A stretch of 32,000 nucleotides of DNA from Propionibacteriaceae bacterium (lineage in GTDB: Bacteria > Actinomycetota > Actinomycetes > Propionibacteriales > Propionibacteriaceae): the NCBI GenBank assembly GCA_031256725.1, contig JAIRQE010000025.1:130098-162097 (forward strand), read 5' to 3'. Position numbers and translations under genes: made by a program. The notes below the pieces were generated by a model. The model was given only the letters and a program-made list of their open reading frames with translations. It was not told the DNA's origin and searched no databases. Numbering within the stretch: the first letter of the stretch is position 1; every line of letters begins with the position of its first letter. Below, piece by piece: positions 28,728 to 32,000 of this stretch.

Positions 28728-29774
28728 ATGAAAATCGAAATGGCAGAATCGTTGATCTATTCCTGGCTTCGCCATGTCAAGGAGTGCGAAGTGGTCCAAT
28801 TGAACTGGAGTCCATCCCCACACTGGAGTCTTGAGTATAACGATGATTTAAGAAATATCAGTCTCATGACACAATTGATGGATGCAGCATCGAAGCATTT
28901 CCTCGAACTGTACGGTTATGACATTTTCAAAAAGAGCAAGCTTCCACAGTTGTTAGCCCAAGCCGAGATCGATGCTGTGGGTATCTCCCAAACGAATTGT
29001 GGCTTCAAGGTGTACATGGTCGATGTGGCTTTTCGCAGAGCAGGTTTGAATTATGGGGAGCCCAAGAAAGCTGTTGCGGCCATTGTTAAGAAAATGATTC
29101 GATCTGCCCTGTGTCTTGTTGGGTATTTCGGAATGATAAGTGGGGAGATAGTTTTCGCTTCACCAAAAGTTACAGATTCCGTTGTCTCGAAATTAGCGCC
29201 GTGCATCGCTGATGTGAATATGTTATTGACGCAATTCTTGCCTGGTACATCCGTGCGTTTACTAGTTAATGGAGACTTCAATGACAGTGTCATCACACCA
29301 GTGTTTATCGCAAGTGAGTCTGTGGCTGATATGTCCGAACTCTTTGTTCGCAGTTATCAACTCATCCAAATGTTCCCCGACGGAAATCTCCCTCAACAGC
29401 GATCTGCTCCTGTGAAGAAAGATCTGGTTTCAGCAACAACTGTGCGCGAATTGAAAGTTGGTGCGATTGCCAACACTTTACTTCGACAAGCCCTTGAAGA
29501 AGGCCGGGCTAATGCCGAGGAGATCGTACTGATGCAGGAAAGGACATATTCAAAAGACACCTTTAACCTTCGCTTCCCTCTCCTTGTTCCGGCTGACACA
29601 CAGTTCGAGACGAATAGATATTACGTTGCTCCTCTCAGAATCCATGGAAAGGATTATCACCTGTGCTCACAGTGGTACGAAGTGCCTGGAGATGATGACA
29701 GAGTTTGGCTGCTGAAGTGGCTTAAGAATGTCGGCATGATTGAGAGTGAATCCGAGTCACTTCAGGTTCGTTGA
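28728..29774 (+). CDS. Hypothetical two-domain protein (348 aa), low-GC orphan; N-terminal region possibly restriction-endonuclease-like
   Basis: Good SD (AGAGAGG, 7 nt upstream) and ATG. A sampled stretch is about 45% GC. N-terminal pattern: AESLIYSWLRHVKECEVVQLNW ... AEIDAVGIS ... KVYMVDVAF (acidic residues E6, D82, D99 on predicted helix/strands). The C-terminal part (RYYVAPLRIHGKDYHLCSQWYE) is a separate conserved-looking module. No family confidently recognised. Confidence 0.65.
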   Translation: MKIEMAESLIYSWLRHVKECEVVQLNWSPSPHWSLEYNDDLRNISLMTQLMDAASKHFLELYGYDIFKKSKLPQLLAQAEIDAVGISQTNCGFKVYMVDVAFRRAGLNYGEPKKAVAAIVKKMIRSALCLVGYFGMISGEIVFASPKVTDSVVSKLAPCIADVNMLLTQFLPGTSVRLLVNGDFNDSVITPVFIASESVADMSELFVRSYQLIQMFPDGNLPQQRSAPVKKDLVSATTVRELKVGAIANTLLRQALEEGRANAEEIVLMQERTYSKDTFNLRFPLLVPADTQFETNRYYVAPLRIHGKDYHLCSQWYEVPGDDDRVWLLKWLKNVGMIESESESLQVR

Positions 29775-29809
29775 CATCGGTGGAAGAAAGGAAGACAGGG
29801 GCTGAGCCT

Positions 29810-29857
29810 ATGCTGGGTGCGATCATTGGTGACATTGCGGGCAATGTCTATGAGTTT
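29810..29857 (+). pseudogene. 5' stub (16 codons) of an ADP-ribosylglycohydrolase (DraG/ARH-like) gene
   Basis: MLGAIIGDIAGNVYEF is the characteristic N-terminus of ARH-family proteins (MLGAI.GD..GS.YEF). Similarity ends after YEF, and the frame runs into the convergent RelE gene. Confidence 0.4.
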
Positions 29858-29925
29858 AGTCTACGAAGGGTGGACATGGAGGAAGTGGGTCTCATCGCAA
29901 GGAATGAAATCCGAGAAGGCCTGAT

Positions 29926-30195
29926 TCATCCCTGTGAGCGATACACATCACCACGATAACTTACTCGTACAATCTGTATCTCTTTATCAATAAGTCGATA
30001 AATCACTCGATACTCTCCCCGTCGGGCCGACCAGTACCCCTCTAGATCGAATCGAAGGGGTTTACCCACTCGACGTGGTTCAGCTTTGAGTGGACCGTTC
30101 ACAAACTCCCATACGGCTGCGCCGACGGCAGGTGGAATTGTGCTCTCCATCTGCCTTCGCGCTGAGGGGGCCCAAATAACTCGATAATCCATCAC
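29926..30195 (-). CDS. RelE/ParE-family type II toxin
   Basis: DYRVIWAPSARRQM...WSARRGEYRVIYRLIDKEIQIVRVSYRGDVY is the RelE/ParE fold signature. The start overlaps the antitoxin stop (GTGATG; ATG at 30192 or GTG at 30195). Confidence 0.82.
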   Translation of the reverse strand: MMDYRVIWAPSARRQMESTIPPAVGAAVWEFVNGPLKAEPRRVGKPLRFDLEGYWSARRGEYRVIYRLIDKEIQIVRVSYRGDVYRSQG

Positions 30196-30455
30196 TGAAC
30201 CTTGGGTCTGAAGTCATCCCACTCATCACCCAGTCCCTGATCAAGTTCGACCTGGGCTTGACGAATCTGAGTCATTGCTTGCTGATCACTGAGAATAGAC
30301 AGAGTCTCTTCCAATGATTCGAGGTCCTCATCCGACATCAATACCGCAGCAGGAACCCCATTTCGAGTGATCCGAATCCTCTCATGGGTACGAACAACAT
30401 CATCTACATATGCTGAAAGCTGCGCTTTTGCCGTCGCCAAAGGTACTGTCGTCAT
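30192..30455 (-). CDS. Phd/YefM-family type II antitoxin
   Basis: [55 protein letters not shown] is canonical Phd/YefM. On the coding strand TATAAT lies 7 nt upstream of ATG 30455 with no SD, compatible with a leaderless transcript. Confidence 0.82.
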   Translation of the reverse strand: MTTVPLATAKAQLSAYVDDVVRTHERIRITRNGVPAAVLMSDEDLESLEETLSILSDQQAMTQIRQAQVELDQGLGDEWDDFRPKVQ

Positions 30456-30540
30456 GACCATAATTATAGTCCAGAATTGAATCAAGAGAAGACCTGCGGT
30501 TTTGATTTCGGACTTGCCTATGGTGAGAGAGGGGAAGGAT

Positions 30541-30660
30541 ATTGAACTTGGGATTGTGGCTGACCACCATGACCGCCCCTCGGTAACTGCTCAAGGTTTC
30601 AACCAACTGATCCATGCTTGTCAGGTCGAGGTTATTGGTGGGTTCGTCAAGACGCGTTAA
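30541..30660 (-). pseudogene. Internal fragment (about 40 codons) of an ABC-F/ABC ATPase gene
   Basis: The minus frame reads (stop)[39 protein letters not shown]. This is the Walker B, D-loop and H-loop of an ABC ATPase with nothing upstream or downstream. Confidence 0.55.
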
Positions 30661-30665
30661 TCAGA

Positions 30666-30767
30666 ATGGCCCATAAAGAGGGTACGTGGTCCTACTCCCA
30701 ACTCGCCAAACAACTTGGGCTCACTCCTGAACTTATTGCAAAGATTATCCGCTCCCAACGTCGGTGA
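30666..30767 (+). other. 33-codon ORF encoding an isolated HTH-like peptide (possible recombinase/transposase HTH remnant)
   Basis: MAHKEGTWSYSQLAKQLGLTPELIAKIIRSQRR resembles the C-terminal HTH of resolvase/IS-type proteins. It is too short for confidence. Confidence 0.25.
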
Positions 30768-30959
30768 GGATGTGAGATTACGTAAGTCTAATCTCCGCAT
30801 GGCGATGCATGGTGATCTTTATGTACCTTCACCAAAGAGATCACTGGACGAATTTCAGACGGGAGGATTCGATCATTCTTCCTCTTCAGAAACTGCGATA
30901 AACGCATCAGAATAATTCGTATCCACACCATAGGAGTACGACGCCGCCAATACTCTTCC

Positions 30960-31380
30960 TCATATCACCGCATCCATGCGAATAAAAATCTTAAGGTCTG
31001 CGCCTAATCGCCCTAAGCAACCAACAGCTGGTGTCGTAAGCTCAAAAAATGGAAGCTCCCGTGAATCAGAGACAACATTCACACCCATTACCACTTTATA
31101 TCCATACTTCCCCACCAAACTATGAATCTGGTTTGCCTGAGGGCATACCCGAGCAAGAATCCACTTCATAGGAATAATAATCGCGGGATACCGCCAAGGT
31201 AAATCCGGGTCTTCTGGTAGTTTTTCATCCCCTTCGTAGGTCCGTAACAGCACCCAGGAATACTCAGAAACCCCTTGCCCATCGGGACACGCCACTATTG
31301 AAGGGTCACACCCCACACTGACTGACCTCATCGATATCCATATCAGAACCAGAGATAACGAAACCACATGTAATCTTCAT
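30960..31380 (-). pseudogene. DUF4279-like paralogue 2, disrupted by a frameshift
   Basis: ATG at 31380-31378 gives MKITCGFVISGSDMDIDEVSQCGV(stop). The listed ORF 30960..31367 continues the homology in another frame (VGCDPS...). The shift maps to CAGTGTGGGGTGTGAC (31305-31320 on +), consistent with loss of one GT from a TGTGTG run. Confidence 0.55.
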
Positions 31381-31853
31381 CATGGACAATCCTTAAGTTG
31401 GGATGTCTCAGTAGGCCCTAACAAATCTAAATAGAAAACAAACTGTAACTCAGCTCCCAAACTTGCGAGACACCCCATCGCTCGACTCGTTAATTCCAAA
31501 CAGGGAAGCCTTCTCGTGTCTGACATCACAGCAACCACCGCACCGATAAGAAAACCTCGCTCCCGAACAAAACACCGAATCTCTTTCCTCCTCGCATGCA
31601 CCCGAGCAAGAAGACGAGACATGGGCACCATCACCGCAGGATAACTCCATGAATGATCCCCGTCACTAGGGGGGTCTTCCTCCCCCGCATACTTCTTCGC
31701 CAAAACCCACGTAAACTCAGCAGCCCCGATAGCAGCACGTATCTCAGGCCTAGCCTGAAGCGTGTGTGACGCCTCACATCCCACACAGTGACTGACCTCA
31801 TCAAAATCCATACCAGAACCAGAAATAGCAAGCTCGCATGTAATCTTTATCAT
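31380..31853 (-). CDS. DUF4279-like protein, paralogue 1
   Basis: Pattern MIKITCELAISGSGMDFDEVS..VG ... W ... LPCLELTSRAMGCLASLGAELQFVFY fits my recollection of DUF4279 (f.l.i.G...dpdeit..lg ... p.l.l....i..l..LGaei.iDiY). Its stop overlaps the paralogue-2 ATG (TGATG). Confidence 0.5.
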   Translation of the reverse strand: MIKITCELAISGSGMDFDEVSHCVGCEASHTLQARPEIRAAIGAAEFTWVLAKKYAGEEDPPSDGDHSWSYPAVMVPMSRLLARVHARRKEIRCFVRERGFLIGAVVAVMSDTRRLPCLELTSRAMGCLASLGAELQFVFYLDLLGPTETSQLKDCP

Positions 31854-31886
31854 CGTGGTCCATTCACATTGGCAATAGTGGGAGAG

Positions 31887-32000
31887 TTACCACCATGTAG
31901 CATACTCATCCACAAACAGCTTCTTAGGAAAACGAAGAGCAGGAATGATATAGGGACGACTGTCTCCTTGACGAGGCACAAAGTGACTAAATGCTAGGTC
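31887..32000 (-). CDS. 3' end of an unidentified gene entering from beyond the window
   Basis: The minus frame is open from nt 32000 to TAA at 31889-31887: DLAFSHFVPRQGDSRPYIIPALRFPKKLFVDEYATWW(stop). It ends 33 nt upstream of the first DUF4279-like gene. It is missing from the ORF track only because 38 codons are visible. Confidence 0.35.
   Translation of the reverse strand, partial: DLAFSHFVPRQGDSRPYIIPALRFPKKLFVDEYATWW

Noticed and set aside
28520-30799. 11-bp direct repeat TAATCTCCGCA at 28520-28530 and 30789-30799 as possible att/target-site duplication bracketing the low-GC genes
   Set aside because: Roughly a hundred identical 11-mer pairs are expected by chance in 32 kb of random sequence (n squared over 2, divided by 4 to the 11). 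No integrase is present and the left copy is part of a local hairpin. This is not enough evidence.

Overview
This window looks like actinobacterial chromosome, probably Actinomycetaceae-like, with core genes at roughly 52-58% GC by eye. Core content: the purL 3' end; a stand-alone groEL behind two tandem CIRCE operators; a NarK-type nitrate/nitrite transporter; an ArsR-like regulator with cutC; a csp/DUF3027/DUF2530 cluster; an NCS2 purine permease; ideR/dtxR; tRNA-Arg(CCT); a conserved FmdB zinc-ribbon and SAF-domain pair; an MFS transporter; and the str operon rpsL-rpsG-fusA-tuf. Lower-GC or decayed patches sit between these. (1) Between purL and an orphan sugar-binding lipoprotein there is a membrane GTPase (GTPase + DUF697) next to a DUF4143 ATPase stub. 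Its putative promoter carries a C10 tract exactly in the -35/-10 spacer. (2) A GntR/HutC pseudogene lies directly after the tRNA. (3) About 1.75 kb upstream of rpsL is ORF-poor and hairpin-dense, and ends in a tRNA-3'-half-like sequence plus a terminator-like hairpin. (4) Everything downstream of the tuf terminator (26.6-32 kb) is an accessory gene graveyard. It holds a truncated GPH symporter, an intact Gfo/Idh/MocA oxidoreductase, a low-GC orphan 348-aa two-domain protein followed by a 16-codon ADP-ribosylglycohydrolase stub, an intact Phd/YefM-RelE/ParE cassette wedged between gene fragments, and two translationally coupled DUF4279-like paralogues (one frameshifted) downstream of a gene that runs off the window. 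No CRISPR array, rRNA, intact transposase or integrase was seen. The best candidates for something new are the 348-aa protein with its ARH stub, the DUF4279 array, the ORF-poor structured region upstream of rpsL, and the homopolymer-containing promoter. All functional calls rest on my recognition of translated motifs, with no database search.
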